Under the pieces are notes generated by a model. It was not told the DNA's origin. It worked only from the letters and a program-made list of their open reading frames with translations, and made no database searches. Positions 10,801 through 21,808 of a stretch of DNA of 64,000 bases are shown one piece after another. Numbering within the stretch: the first letter of the stretch is position 1; the number at the start of each line of letters is the position of its first letter. The position numbers and the translations under genes are program-made. Source of the stretch: an uncultured Spirochaetota bacterium (GTDB lineage Bacteria; Spirochaetota; B62-G9; DRHN01); contig CAZFTJ010000001.1 in assembly GCA_964521865.1 (NCBI GenBank), positions 256,715 to 320,714 of the forward strand, given 5' to 3'.

Positions 10801-11170
10801 AATTAAATTTTAATGTCATGCATAAAACACCACCTGTTATCATTATTAAACCAACCCATTGAATAGAATTCAATTTTTCTTTATAAATTATCCAGCTTGC
10901 TATGGCTAATAGGATGTAAAAGAATGAACCAGATATTGCAAAAGCTAATCCAAGTTTTAATCTTGATAATACTAGGATCCATACCATATACCCTATGCCT
11001 TGAAGGAATATTGCTGATATTGTAAAAGGAGATTGCAATACTTTTAGCAAGTATTTAATAACATCATCTGATGAATAAATAGAACTTACAGTCAGTATTC
11101 CCTTTTTAAGTATTAATTGACTTGCAATAGTGTTCATTGAAAAAATTAGAATCAATAATATGTTTTTCAT
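10793..11170 (-). CDS. Small 4-TM EamA/SMR-like membrane protein (ArnE/ArnF- or GtrA-like flippase subunit)
   Basis: 125 aa with four hydrophobic helices. The C-terminal WVGLIMITGGVLCM is typical of the EamA/SMR fold. It overlaps the previous gene's stop by 8 nt (convergent). Confidence 0.5.
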   Translation of the reverse strand: MKNILLILIFSMNTIASQLILKKGILTVSSIYSSDDVIKYLLKVLQSPFTISAIFLQGIGYMVWILVLSRLKLGLAFAISGSFFYILLAIASWIIYKEKLNSIQWVGLIMITGGVLCMTLKFNFN

Positions 11171-11179
11171 TAAATAGTC

Positions 11180-11974
11180 CTATTTATTTGATTTATAGCT
11201 CATTTTATATATTTTAAAAACAATATTTGCGAAGGGTTGTGGCCACATTTTTTTAAATATTAATTCATCTTCGCTATGCCTTCTTTTATTTTTAATTGCT
11301 TTTGATGTTTCAGAACCCTCGTGTATTCTATGAAACATTAAAACCTTTCTGATAAACAAAAAACTACCGCTCATTTGAGACAGTCTTATCCAGGCGTCCC
11401 AGTCAAGATTAATTGTCAATTGTTTCGAAAATTGAAACTCTCCTATTTTCTCCTTAATATACATTACACTGGGGCAGGAAATAGGATTACCAAAAACTAG
11501 CATGCTCTTTTTAAAAACATTCATCTTGATTTGTTGATTAAATAAAAAAAATGAATTTAAAATGAGTTTTTTAATGATGAGGTTAAAGTTTACAGTAACT
11601 TTTTCATTATTGTGTATTTCTCCATAGTTGGTGAAAACAATCAAATTATAATTGTTTTTTTCAGCAATTGAAATGCACTTTTCAGTATAATCTGGCGCAT
11701 ATACATCATCCTGATGTGCAAGTGTAACATATTTTGTATTGCAGCAGTTATAAGCGAATGTCCAATCATCACCTATGCATTTACTATTTTCATTAATTTT
11801 AATAGGAAGTTCATATTTTTCAGAAAGGTGTGATAAATATTCAGATGGTGTTGAACTGGTAATCAACAGGCGACTTCTAACAGTTTGTTTCTTAAGAGAT
11901 ATTATACAATCTTCTAAAAATGGAGATTTTCTATATGCCAGTATGACAAACGTGTGATTAATTTTTTTTGTCAT
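11180..11974 (-). CDS. Glycosyltransferase family 2
   Basis: N-terminal FVILAYRKSPFLEDCIISLKKQT resembles the GT-A nucleotide-sugar binding region. Its start overlaps the stop of the upstream methyltransferase gene. Confidence 0.6.
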   Translation of the reverse strand: MTKKINHTFVILAYRKSPFLEDCIISLKKQTVRSRLLITSSTPSEYLSHLSEKYELPIKINENSKCIGDDWTFAYNCCNTKYVTLAHQDDVYAPDYTEKCISIAEKNNYNLIVFTNYGEIHNNEKVTVNFNLIIKKLILNSFFLFNQQIKMNVFKKSMLVFGNPISCPSVMYIKEKIGEFQFSKQLTINLDWDAWIRLSQMSGSFLFIRKVLMFHRIHEGSETSKAIKNKRRHSEDELIFKKMWPQPFANIVFKIYKMSYKSNK

Positions 11975-12554
11975 ATATTATTATTAACTCGTGGTATTTA
12001 AAGTACTTACCTATCGATTTAAGGTTTATGGGGAAATATTGTTTTTTTTGTAAGGAATAATTGTAAATATTTTTCAATCGATTCTTTATAAAAAAATCAT
12101 AATTAATAAAAATCCTGTGCGTTTTATCATGCTGAAATCCTTTTTCTCCCGGCACAATTATAATAATTCTTTGTAAATCTAAGTGATTACAGGACTGAAA
12201 CAGATTATTTAAAGTTTTAACCGGGTCATTTAAGTGTTCTAAGACATGACTCATAATTAATGTACTGTATTCGCCAGGTTTTAATTGTTTGAGCTCATAA
12301 TTATCTAATTCAGGGTTGTAATATTCTACATTTAATCCCATTTTTTTACAGTATCTAACTGTTGCTTCATTTACCTCATAACCAATTGATCCATCTGGTA
12401 ATAATGAAAGTAATTCTCCAATACCACAGCCAAAATCAATAGTTTTTCCGATTATATATTTTAGTATATTTTTTAAATAGATTTTCCGTATTTTCTTTCG
12501 AATAATACTCCTTTTTAATTGGTAGTCAGTATACTTCTGATCATATTTTAACAT
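11958..12554 (-). CDS. Class I SAM-dependent methyltransferase
   Basis: Motif I IDFGCGIGELLSLL, motif post-I GYEVNEAT and motif II/III LIMSHVLEHL. Confidence 0.75.
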   Translation of the reverse strand: MLKYDQKYTDYQLKRSIIRKKIRKIYLKNILKYIIGKTIDFGCGIGELLSLLPDGSIGYEVNEATVRYCKKMGLNVEYYNPELDNYELKQLKPGEYSTLIMSHVLEHLNDPVKTLNNLFQSCNHLDLQRIIIIVPGEKGFQHDKTHRIFINYDFFIKNRLKNIYNYSLQKKQYFPINLKSIGKYFKYHELIIIYDKKN

Positions 12555-12569
12555 TTTGATTGGAGTTAT

Positions 12570-12947
12570 TTATTTTTTACGACCATACTCTTTTATTTTT
12601 TTTAATTCATATTTTAATATTCCAATTTCTTGAACAAGGTTTTTAACATTTTCGGTAAGTTTTGAAATAACAATAGAATAGTGTATAAGTATTGAGAGAA
12701 TTGCAGTAAAGAGAAGTATAAAAGCAGCAGCGGGTGGATAACTTACCCCTAGCAATTTTGCGATTAAATCAATACCTCTTCTCCAAAAAGAAAAAAGAAT
12801 AAACAATCCACTGAAAAATAACCATAGGAGTGAATACTCTTCCTTCAACTTTTTTTTTCTTATTAATTCGACAATGAAAATAGTAATTATTACACTTCCA
12901 AAAAGTGCAAAATACTGAATTTTATTTGTGGAGTAACTTTTAAACAT
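12570..12947 (-). CDS. Small membrane protein, DUF2304-like (frequently partnered with GtrB/ArnC-type synthases)
   Basis: 125 aa with three TM helices plus a charged coiled C-terminus (LVQEIGILKYELKKIKEYGRKK). Its start overlaps the stop of the GtrB-like gene. Confidence 0.45.
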   Translation of the reverse strand: MFKSYSTNKIQYFALFGSVIITIFIVELIRKKKLKEEYSLLWLFFSGLFILFSFWRRGIDLIAKLLGVSYPPAAAFILLFTAILSILIHYSIVISKLTENVKNLVQEIGILKYELKKIKEYGRKK

Positions 12948-13671
12948 ATTCTGTAGTCCTTGTATGTTTTTTATTTTTCGGATAAGTGTATGTTATTAAT
13001 ATAGCTAAAATTACTTTAATCATATAATATAATGAATTAAATCCTTTTATAGAAGATTTTCCATTTATTCTTTTTTTCATTTCAATTGATACTTCTTTCA
13101 TTTTAAAATTGTTTTTATCCAATAAAATGATAGCTTCAGGTTCAGGATAATCTGTTGGGTAATAATTAGCAAAAAATTGAATTGCTTTCTTGTTATAAGC
13201 TCTAAAGCCAGAAGTGTTGTCTGAGATACTTTGCTTTATTAGGATTGAATTGATTAATGAAAAAATTTTAATACCTATTTTTCTTAAGAATGATGACGTA
13301 TATCCCTTTTTATTTCCACAAAATCTTGAACCAATAACAACGTCGGCCTTATTTTTAAAAATAGGTTCAATAATTTTAGATACTTCAGACGCATTGTGCT
13401 GGCCGTCACCGTCGAATTGGAAGGCGTAGTCATAATCTTTTAACACCGCATATTTAAAGCCTGTTTGAACGGCACCACCTATTCCAAGATTACATGGTAA
13501 ATTTATAACTTCAGCCTTCTCGGTACCTGCGGCAATGCTTCCGGTATCATCCTCTGAACCGTCATTTACGACAAGTATATCTATATTTGGATACTCAGCT
13601 TTTAAGGAATTTATTACATTGAGTATATTTGACTGCTCGTTATATGCTGGAATAATGGCAAGTATTTTCAT
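12940..13671 (-). CDS. Polyprenol-monophosphate sugar synthase (GtrB/ArnC/DPM1-like GT2)
   Basis: MKILAIIPAYNEQSNI…ILVVNDGSEDDT…DGDGQH (DXD-containing DPM1 family). It has no C-terminal TM extension. Confidence 0.8.
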   Translation of the reverse strand: MKILAIIPAYNEQSNILNVINSLKAEYPNIDILVVNDGSEDDTGSIAAGTEKAEVINLPCNLGIGGAVQTGFKYAVLKDYDYAFQFDGDGQHNASEVSKIIEPIFKNKADVVIGSRFCGNKKGYTSSFLRKIGIKIFSLINSILIKQSISDNTSGFRAYNKKAIQFFANYYPTDYPEPEAIILLDKNNFKMKEVSIEMKKRINGKSSIKGFNSLYYMIKVILAILITYTYPKNKKHTRTTEYV

Positions 13672-13692
13672 GTTATTTAATAATCGAACGAT

Positions 13693-14631
13693 ATGTCGAA
13701 AAATACAATAAATATTCTTATGGCAACGTTTAATGGAGAAAAATATATTGAAGAACAGGTTGAGTCAATAGTAAACCAGAGCTTCAAAAATTGGAAGCTC
13801 TTTATACGTGATGACGGATCGACGGATAATACAGTAGGAATTATCAAAAAGATTGCTTGTGTAAATCCTGGAAAAATATTTTTTGTGGATAGCTCAAAGA
13901 AGTCTCTCGGTGCAAAGGGTAATTTTGCCCAATTGCTTGAATCGACCGATGCCGAATACTTTATGTTCTGTGATCAGGATGACGTCTGGCTTAAGGATAA
14001 AATTGGATTGACATATAACAGGATGATTGAGATTGAAGAGAAAATCGGACATGAAAAACCGATCCTTATTCACACGGATTTGAAAGTTGCAGATGAGAAT
14101 CTTGCTGTTTACGCACCTTCGTTTTCTCAGTATCAAAACTTGAAACCTTTAAAAGTAAAGTCGATCAACAGGCTCCTTGTGCAGAATGTTATCACCGGTT
14201 GTACGGTAATGATCAATAACGCCTTGAAAAAAAAGGGGCTTCCGATTCCGAGAAAGGCAATAATGCATGACTGGTGGCTCGGGCTTGTCGCATCCGCTTT
14301 TGGTATTGTAGATTATATCGATGCACCCACGGTGCTTTACAGGCAGCATGGTATCAATGCAATTGGGGCAAAAAAGTGGGATTTTCGTTATATCGTATAT
14401 AGTGCACAAAGCTTAAAGGAGAAGGCAGCATCGATAAAAATGACAATCGATCAGGCGAAGAGTTTCATCGATAATTACGGTAAAACACTTGACGTTAAAT
14501 CTTATGAAATAGCAAATGTATATTCCCATCTTGATGAATATTCTTTTTTTAAAAAAAGGTTTAAGATTATTCGGTACAATCTGTATAAAATCGGGTTTCT
14601 GAGGAACATCGGGATGTTTATCAGGATGTAA
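13693..14631 (+). CDS. Glycosyltransferase family 2 (WbbL/rhamnosyltransferase-like)
   Basis: ILMATFNGEKYIEEQVESIVNQSFKNWKLFIRDDGSTDNT and a CDQDD DXD motif. Confidence 0.75.
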   Translation: MSKNTINILMATFNGEKYIEEQVESIVNQSFKNWKLFIRDDGSTDNTVGIIKKIACVNPGKIFFVDSSKKSLGAKGNFAQLLESTDAEYFMFCDQDDVWLKDKIGLTYNRMIEIEEKIGHEKPILIHTDLKVADENLAVYAPSFSQYQNLKPLKVKSINRLLVQNVITGCTVMINNALKKKGLPIPRKAIMHDWWLGLVASAFGIVDYIDAPTVLYRQHGINAIGAKKWDFRYIVYSAQSLKEKAASIKMTIDQAKSFIDNYGKTLDVKSYEIANVYSHLDEYSFFKKRFKIIRYNLYKIGFLRNIGMFIRM

Positions 14632-14661
14632 ACTGCACCGTCATGCCTGGACAATACGTTT

Positions 14662-15486
14662 ATGTACTACATTACAGCTTCCATTGTTGTTTACAACAAC
14701 AATCGAGATGACCTCAGTAAATTATTATCATGTCTTTTTAAAATAAGGCTGCTTGGCAGGATATTCGTAATAGACAACTCAATCTCAGGCCGGTTTTCAT
14801 CTCAATGTAACGGTGAAAGAGTAGAATATATCGGAAATCCCGTTAATCCAGGATACGGTGCGGCCCATAATCGAGCGATTGAAAAATCTATCGGTACTTC
14901 CAAATATCACATCGTAATGAATCCTGATATTTATTTCAATGATGGTTCCGTTGAAAAACTCTTTTCATTCATGGAAAAAAACAACGATGTGGGGCTTGTA
15001 ATGCCCAGGATTCTCAATCCGGACGGATCTACCCAGTATCTCTGCAAGTTGCTTCCCGCACCTTCCGACCTTTTATTCAGGCGGTTTTTACCGTTTAAAA
15101 AATTAACTGAGAGGCGAAATGGAATATATGAACTGCGATTTACGGGGTATAATAAGGTGATGGAAGTGCCGTACCTCTCCGGATGTTTCATGTTTTTACG
15201 GACCGAAGCCCTTAAAAAAGCAGGGATGTTTGACGAGAGGTTTTTTATGTACCTTGAGGATACCGATCTGTCGCGGCGCATACACGCGCACTATAAAACC
15301 GTGTATCATCCGGATGCCGAGATATATCACAGGTATGAAAAAGGGTCGTATAAAAGTACGAAACTTCTATGCCGCCACATGGTTTCTGCATTTAAATATT
15401 TCAACAAATGGGGCTGGTTTTTCGACAGGGAGAGAAAGAAAATAAATGTCGATACTCTTAAGAAATTGCGGAATATAAACGATTGA
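14662..15486 (+). CDS. Glycosyltransferase family 2
   Basis: ITASIVVYNNN…GYGAAHN…LEDTDLSRR pattern of the GT2 family. It is the last gene of the very AT-rich block. Confidence 0.7.
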   Translation: MYYITASIVVYNNNRDDLSKLLSCLFKIRLLGRIFVIDNSISGRFSSQCNGERVEYIGNPVNPGYGAAHNRAIEKSIGTSKYHIVMNPDIYFNDGSVEKLFSFMEKNNDVGLVMPRILNPDGSTQYLCKLLPAPSDLLFRRFLPFKKLTERRNGIYELRFTGYNKVMEVPYLSGCFMFLRTEALKKAGMFDERFFMYLEDTDLSRRIHAHYKTVYHPDAEIYHRYEKGSYKSTKLLCRHMVSAFKYFNKWGWFFDRERKKINVDTLKKLRNIND

Positions 15487-15514
15487 GAAATCTTGAATAG
15501 GCAGGAAACAAGGG

Positions 15515-16801
15515 ATGAAGAAACGGCTGGTATTTTATCTTTTTTACGGAGTAGTCATTTTTTTCATCCTCTATATCTGTTTTCTTCTTTATTTCATGGA
15601 TGTACAGGAAGCAACGCTGTTTTTTTTAGAGAGGATCGGGAATGTCATCCTGATTATCATAGTGGCGCTTTTTCTCTCAAACCTCTTCGATCTTATCTCA
15701 TTTAAAAGGGAGATCAAGAAAGAATCGAATCTGTTGAATGAAGTGTTTTCGGTTGCCGGAAAAACCTTGATTATCATTCTCATTACGTCATTTGTGGAAT
15801 TTTTTATTTTTTACAGAACGAAACTCGGAAGGGTGATTTATGTAAATCTCTTTGTCCTCCTCTCCCTTTTTCTTGTAACGGAACATGTTGTCGTTAATTA
15901 TCTCATTCGAAAAAGAAAGCTGAAGATACTGTGGCTGAGCACTATACCCTGCATGCAGGTTGAAACTGATTATTCGCTTGATATAAGCCGCAACAATATA
16001 GAAAAAAATTTTGTCAACAATGACCAGGAATACGATCTTGCAATCTATGATTATCCGCCGAAAGATCATGTCAATCTAAACGACCTTGTGCATACGATTA
16101 TTTCGATAAAAAACCCGATCGATCTCATAACCTACGTCGAGGAACGCACAGAAAAGATCCCGCTGAAGTATGTCGATGAGCTGTGGCTGTTAAAGAATAT
16201 ACGGACGTATGAATCCGTCTACGATAAGCTGCGACGATTTATAAATTTTTTCAGCTGTATTGTATTGCTGATTATTCTTTTTCTTCCATCTTTTTTCTTT
16301 GCACTCGTTCATACGGTAATATCGAAGGGTCCTGTATTTTTTGTTCAGGAGCGTGTCGGGTACAAAGGGAGAAAATTCAACCTGATCAAGTTCAGAACGA
16401 TGATCGATCGGGCAGAAGCGGACGGCCCTCGTTTTACTGAAGAAAACGATCCGAGGGTCACCGGATTCGGAAAAATCATGCGCAGGTTCCGAATTGATGA
16501 GGTTCCGCAGCTGCTGAATGTGCTCAGGGGTGATATGAATTTGATCGGCCCCCGGCCCGAGAGGGAGGAGTTTATCGAACACCTCGAAAAAGAGATCTCT
16601 TTTTATAAACTTCGATTGGAGATCAGGCCCGGCCTGACCGGCTGGGCTCAGGTAAACTTCGCCTATGCCGGCTACAATACGAACGATCACCTGAGAAAGC
16701 TCGAATACGATTTATACTATATCAAAAACAGGAGCCTCCCATTGGATCTCATCATCCTTCTGCGGACTATTAAAACAATGCTGACCCGAAAGGGCACGTA
16801 A
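15515..16801 (+). CDS. Undecaprenyl-phosphate sugar phosphotransferase (WbaP/CpsE/WcaJ-type PGT, bacterial sugar transferase domain)
   Basis: The C-terminal catalytic domain RVGYKGRKFNLIKFRTM…DPRVTGFGKIMRRFRIDEVPQLLNVLRGDMNLIGPRPE is highly characteristic. The N-terminus has TM helices. GC content rises at this gene. Confidence 0.9.
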   Translation: MKKRLVFYLFYGVVIFFILYICFLLYFMDVQEATLFFLERIGNVILIIIVALFLSNLFDLISFKREIKKESNLLNEVFSVAGKTLIIILITSFVEFFIFYRTKLGRVIYVNLFVLLSLFLVTEHVVVNYLIRKRKLKILWLSTIPCMQVETDYSLDISRNNIEKNFVNNDQEYDLAIYDYPPKDHVNLNDLVHTIISIKNPIDLITYVEERTEKIPLKYVDELWLLKNIRTYESVYDKLRRFINFFSCIVLLIILFLPSFFFALVHTVISKGPVFFVQERVGYKGRKFNLIKFRTMIDRAEADGPRFTEENDPRVTGFGKIMRRFRIDEVPQLLNVLRGDMNLIGPRPEREEFIEHLEKEISFYKLRLEIRPGLTGWAQVNFAYAGYNTNDHLRKLEYDLYYIKNRSLPLDLIILLRTIKTMLTRKGT

Positions 16802-16813
16802 CGGTTCGGGCCG

Positions 16814-19121
<2,308 letters not shown>

Positions 19122-19187
19122 AAAGACGGGAATAATATCTTTGATTATTGGTGATTGAAGATGTATAGTGTGTGTAGGTAGTCGGAC

Positions 19188-19901
19188 TTGACATGGAGGT
19201 TTGATGAGGTGGCTACAAAAGTAGAAGAAAGAATTGGTTCTCTTGAAAGTATAATGAAGGACCTTGCCTATGCTCATTTGAGAACAGAGGGGAGTCTGAG
19301 AGAGCTGAGTGAGGAGATGAAGGCCTTCAAGGAGGAGATGAAGGCTTTCAAGGATGAGATGAAGGCCTTCAAGGGTGAGATGAAGGCCTTCAAGGATGAG
19401 ATGGGATCTTTCAAGGATGAGATGGGTGATTTCAAGGATGAGATGAAAAATGAAGTGAAAAGAATGAACAAGCAGTGGGGAGACCTTGCCAACAGGCTGG
19501 GAACCGTTGCAGAGGATATTGTTGCTCCCAATATTCCAAGGATAGCAAAGGATTATTTTAACTGTGAAATACTTGAGGATTTTTCAATAAGAAGAAGGGT
19601 GGTAAATAAAAAAGATACCGCAAAAGTAAGGGAGTTTGATGTACTCGTTAAATGTAAAAATATTGTAATTATCAATGAAACGAAATCTACTCCAAGGATT
19701 GAGTATATAGATGGATTTATCAATGTGCTCAACGAATTATTTGATTATTTTCCTGAATATAAAGGCTTGAAGGTGATCCCCATTTTTTCTTCGTTTTCCA
19801 TTCCCGACGACCTGTTAAACTATCTGACAAACAATAAGATCTACGCAATGGCTATGAAGGATGATACAATGGATTTGCTTAATCCGGAGTTGGTACTATA
19901 G
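19188..19901 (+). CDS. Coiled-coil protein with internal heptad tandem repeat and putative PD-(D/E)xK nuclease-like C-terminal domain
   Basis: Contains 6.5 copies of (E/D)EMKAFK encoded by a 21-bp tandem DNA repeat. The C-terminus has D…E-x-K spacing (EFDVLV…IINETKS). The likely true start is the GTG at 19209, 9 nt after GGAGG. Confidence 0.45.
   Translation: MTWRFDEVATKVEERIGSLESIMKDLAYAHLRTEGSLRELSEEMKAFKEEMKAFKDEMKAFKGEMKAFKDEMGSFKDEMGDFKDEMKNEVKRMNKQWGDLANRLGTVAEDIVAPNIPRIAKDYFNCEILEDFSIRRRVVNKKDTAKVREFDVLVKCKNIVIINETKSTPRIEYIDGFINVLNELFDYFPEYKGLKVIPIFSSFSIPDDLLNYLTNNKIYAMAMKDDTMDLLNPELVL
19312..19450 (+). repeat. 21-bp in-frame tandem repeat (~6.5 copies, consensus GAKGAGATGAAGGCCTTCAAG)
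   Basis: Read directly in the sequence: gaggagatgaaggccttcaag, then gaggagatgaaggctttcaag, gatgagatgaaggccttcaag, ggtgagatgaaggccttcaag, gatgagatgggatctttcaag and gatgagatgggtgatttcaag. Confidence 0.9.
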
Positions 19902-19940
19902 TAACGTATTTTTTTATTGAACGTACAAAAGATAAAAATA

Positions 19941-20110
19941 GTATAAAACCCAGAGTTCTTGAGGAAAGTTCAGCGAAAACTTTGTTAACCATTCGTCTGT
20001 TCTCTCAATGAATGCTGCTTTCTCTTTTTTAAAAATTATCAGATTATCCGCATCACTGCCAGGAATCCCCCCTTTTTTTGCCAGAGAGCCGAACAGGTCG
20101 AAGAAACAGG
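19941..20110 (-). pseudogene. Truncated MNT-type nucleotidyltransferase remnant (paralog of 21030..21476)
   Basis: The minus-strand translation FDLFGSLAKKGGIPGSDADNLIIFKKEKAAFIERTDEWLTKFSLNFPQELWVLY aligns to the intact MNT (LFGSLAEKRGVPGSDADILIILEKDDRPFIDRTAGWVERFSLDFPLEVFPY). It has no start codon or N-terminal part. Confidence 0.6.
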
Positions 20111-20134
20111 GAGAAGAGAGGGAGACCGGCTGGT

Positions 20135-20431
20135 TTATTTTTGGTATTCTGTAAACGAATCGAAACCTTTTAGATAATCTTCATAGGATATATTTGATTC
20201 AATACCCTGTTCCGATAAGAGTTCGATGGCCTCGATAATTGATACTTCGAGTTTTTTAGCCAGAATTCCCAGAGATAGTTTTCCTTCTTTGTAACGTTTG
20301 ATCATAAGATAGGTCCAGCCGTAATCGATTAGCTCACGTGTTACTGCGGACCTATCCTTGTTCTCAACTTCTGAAAGCTCATCGATCCTTTTCGATTCTT
20401 TTTCCTTTAATCTCAAACTGATAACACCCAT
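20135..20431 (-). CDS. UPF0175-family putative antitoxin
   Basis: 98 aa, and the C-terminal half resembles UPF0175 proteins that pair with DUF3368 PIN toxins. Only 3 nt separate it from the upstream PIN gene. Confidence 0.5.
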   Translation of the reverse strand: MGVISLRLKEKESKRIDELSEVENKDRSAVTRELIDYGWTYLMIKRYKEGKLSLGILAKKLEVSIIEAIELLSEQGIESNISYEDYLKGFDSFTEYQK

Positions 20432-20433
20432 GT

Positions 20434-20943
20434 TTATTCTCCTTTTAAACGCTTTTCGATGTCGCTGATTATTCTTTTATTGTATCTGCCATATTTGGAT
20501 AAAGCATCTAATTTTTCTATGGCAACCGGCAACGTAAGTTTTTTTAGCGATGTAAGATATAGCAGTAAATGAATGGCTGTTGTGAACTTCAGTCCAATTA
20601 CTTTGCTTGCTTTTATTGCCCGTCCGTCATCAATAGCGAGTGGGAGGTTAAGATTTTTAGCAAGCCAGACAGCTTCAGCCTCACCTTTACCGATTCTAAA
20701 ATCGCTTTGAAGTTTCTCAACGGTTTTATCCACTTTGATTTCTCGAACCTCAATTTTATTCTCTTTAATAAGACGTGCTATCAGGAGGGCATCAACGCTA
20801 TTTTTAATCAGGCATTCTTTTTTGACGCCTTCCGGAATAATTACCGTTATAGTTTTTGTGATATCGATTAATATGTCTACTTTGGCCAGAAGAATCAATG
20901 TTGAAGAATCGAAGACAAATTTCATGTTTACAAAATAATACAA
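20434..20943 (-). CDS. PIN-domain protein (DUF3368-like putative toxin)
   Basis: The N-terminal FVFDSSTLILLAKVDILIDI has the PIN acidic first strand; later motifs AIDDGRAIKASKVIGLKFT are consistent with a PIN/DUF3368 fold. The likely start is Met7 (MKFVFDSS). Confidence 0.55.
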   Translation of the reverse strand: MYYFVNMKFVFDSSTLILLAKVDILIDITKTITVIIPEGVKKECLIKNSVDALLIARLIKENKIEVREIKVDKTVEKLQSDFRIGKGEAEAVWLAKNLNLPLAIDDGRAIKASKVIGLKFTTAIHLLLYLTSLKKLTLPVAIEKLDALSKYGRYNKRIISDIEKRLKGE

Positions 20944-21029
20944 ATGTAATCAGGAAGTCAAGAGATATTACTTTTTAGATGGGTACAAGAACATGTATTA
21001 TCATCACGGGTATTTTTAAAAGGGTTCAT

Positions 21030-21476
21030 TTAACGTTCATACAGAACGATCCCCGTTTCACGGGCTTTTTGTGCAATGGGATTGTGCAGCTCTTTTTCTG
21101 TGTAGGGGAAAACTTCCAGGGGAAAGTCCAGTGAAAACCTCTCAACCCACCCGGCTGTTCTGTCTATAAATGGCCTGTCGTCCTTTTCGAGAATTATCAG
21201 TATATCAGCATCACTGCCCGGGACGCCTCTTTTCTCCGCCAGTGATCCGAACAGAATGATCTTTTGTACATTCAAGTCCTTTTTACCGATTTTTATAGCA
21301 GCACTGCGGATCTTTTTTATCAACCGATTCTGTTCAAGCCAGAAGACTCTCACAGAATTCAATGATTCTTCTCGCACAAACGACCGCATCTTCAGCATCA
21401 CTCCTTGTGAAATATTCGAAGGGGCTTCCAGTTTCGAATCCATTTGGGTATCGGGTCGGAATGTAGTATTTATCAA
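21030..21476 (-). CDS. MNT-type nucleotidyltransferase (antitoxin-like partner of HEPN)
   Basis: GS-x9-13-DxD motif ILFGSLAEKRGVPGSDADILIIL. The probable start is an internal Met (~21389-21398), which still overlaps the HEPN gene's 3' end. Confidence 0.7.
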   Translation of the reverse strand: MINTTFRPDTQMDSKLEAPSNISQGVMLKMRSFVREESLNSVRVFWLEQNRLIKKIRSAAIKIGKKDLNVQKIILFGSLAEKRGVPGSDADILIILEKDDRPFIDRTAGWVERFSLDFPLEVFPYTEKELHNPIAQKARETGIVLYER

Positions 21477-21723
21477 GATGTTTCACACATTGCATAAGTG
21501 AATCGCCCACTCGTTCAGTTTTTGAGAGAACTTTCATAAGTTCGAATAAAGAATGGCCCCATGCTGCGGCGTTTCGCTTTTGAAACACCGACTTAATTGC
21601 CTTTTCCGCTGCCTGCTGTGAAATAAAACATGACCATTCGTAGCATTCATCCTTCATGACAGCCTGGGCAGCCTTAATATCTTTATTCGCTTGATTCATC
21701 CAGTCTTTACTTCTCTCCGGCAT
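21334..21723 (-). CDS. HEPN-domain protein
   Basis: 129 aa all-alpha protein (KDIKAAQAVMKDECYEWSCFISQQAAEKAIKSVF…GHSL…), the HEPN fold normally paired with MNT. It overlaps the MNT gene. Confidence 0.65.
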   Translation of the reverse strand: MPERSKDWMNQANKDIKAAQAVMKDECYEWSCFISQQAAEKAIKSVFQKRNAAAWGHSLFELMKVLSKTERVGDSLMQCVKHLDKYYIPTRYPNGFETGSPFEYFTRSDAEDAVVCARRIIEFCESLLA

Positions 21724-21808
21724 ACAGCGCCTCTTGAAAGCTTGTTATTTTTGAAGGCTTCGCGTATATACTATACACCTGATTTTTATAAAATGGAATC
21801 AGGAAAAG

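Noticed and set aside
13894-14409. Two small minus-strand ORFs (80 and 86 aa) inside the GT2 gene 13693..14631
   Set aside because: Embedded antisense in a motif-supported glycosyltransferase gene. No independent support.
15493-15705. 70-aa ORF overlapping the start of the phosphoglycosyltransferase gene
   Set aside because: It is a different frame of the same region where the PGT ORF (15515..) has a proper N-terminal TM segment and continues into the conserved sugar-transferase domain. Spurious.
19312-19450. Possible CRISPR-like array because of regular 21-bp repeats
   Set aside because: The repeats are contiguous with no spacers, are in frame, and encode a heptad coiled-coil inside a 237-aa ORF. 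It is a coding tandem repeat, not CRISPR. No cas genes are present in the window.
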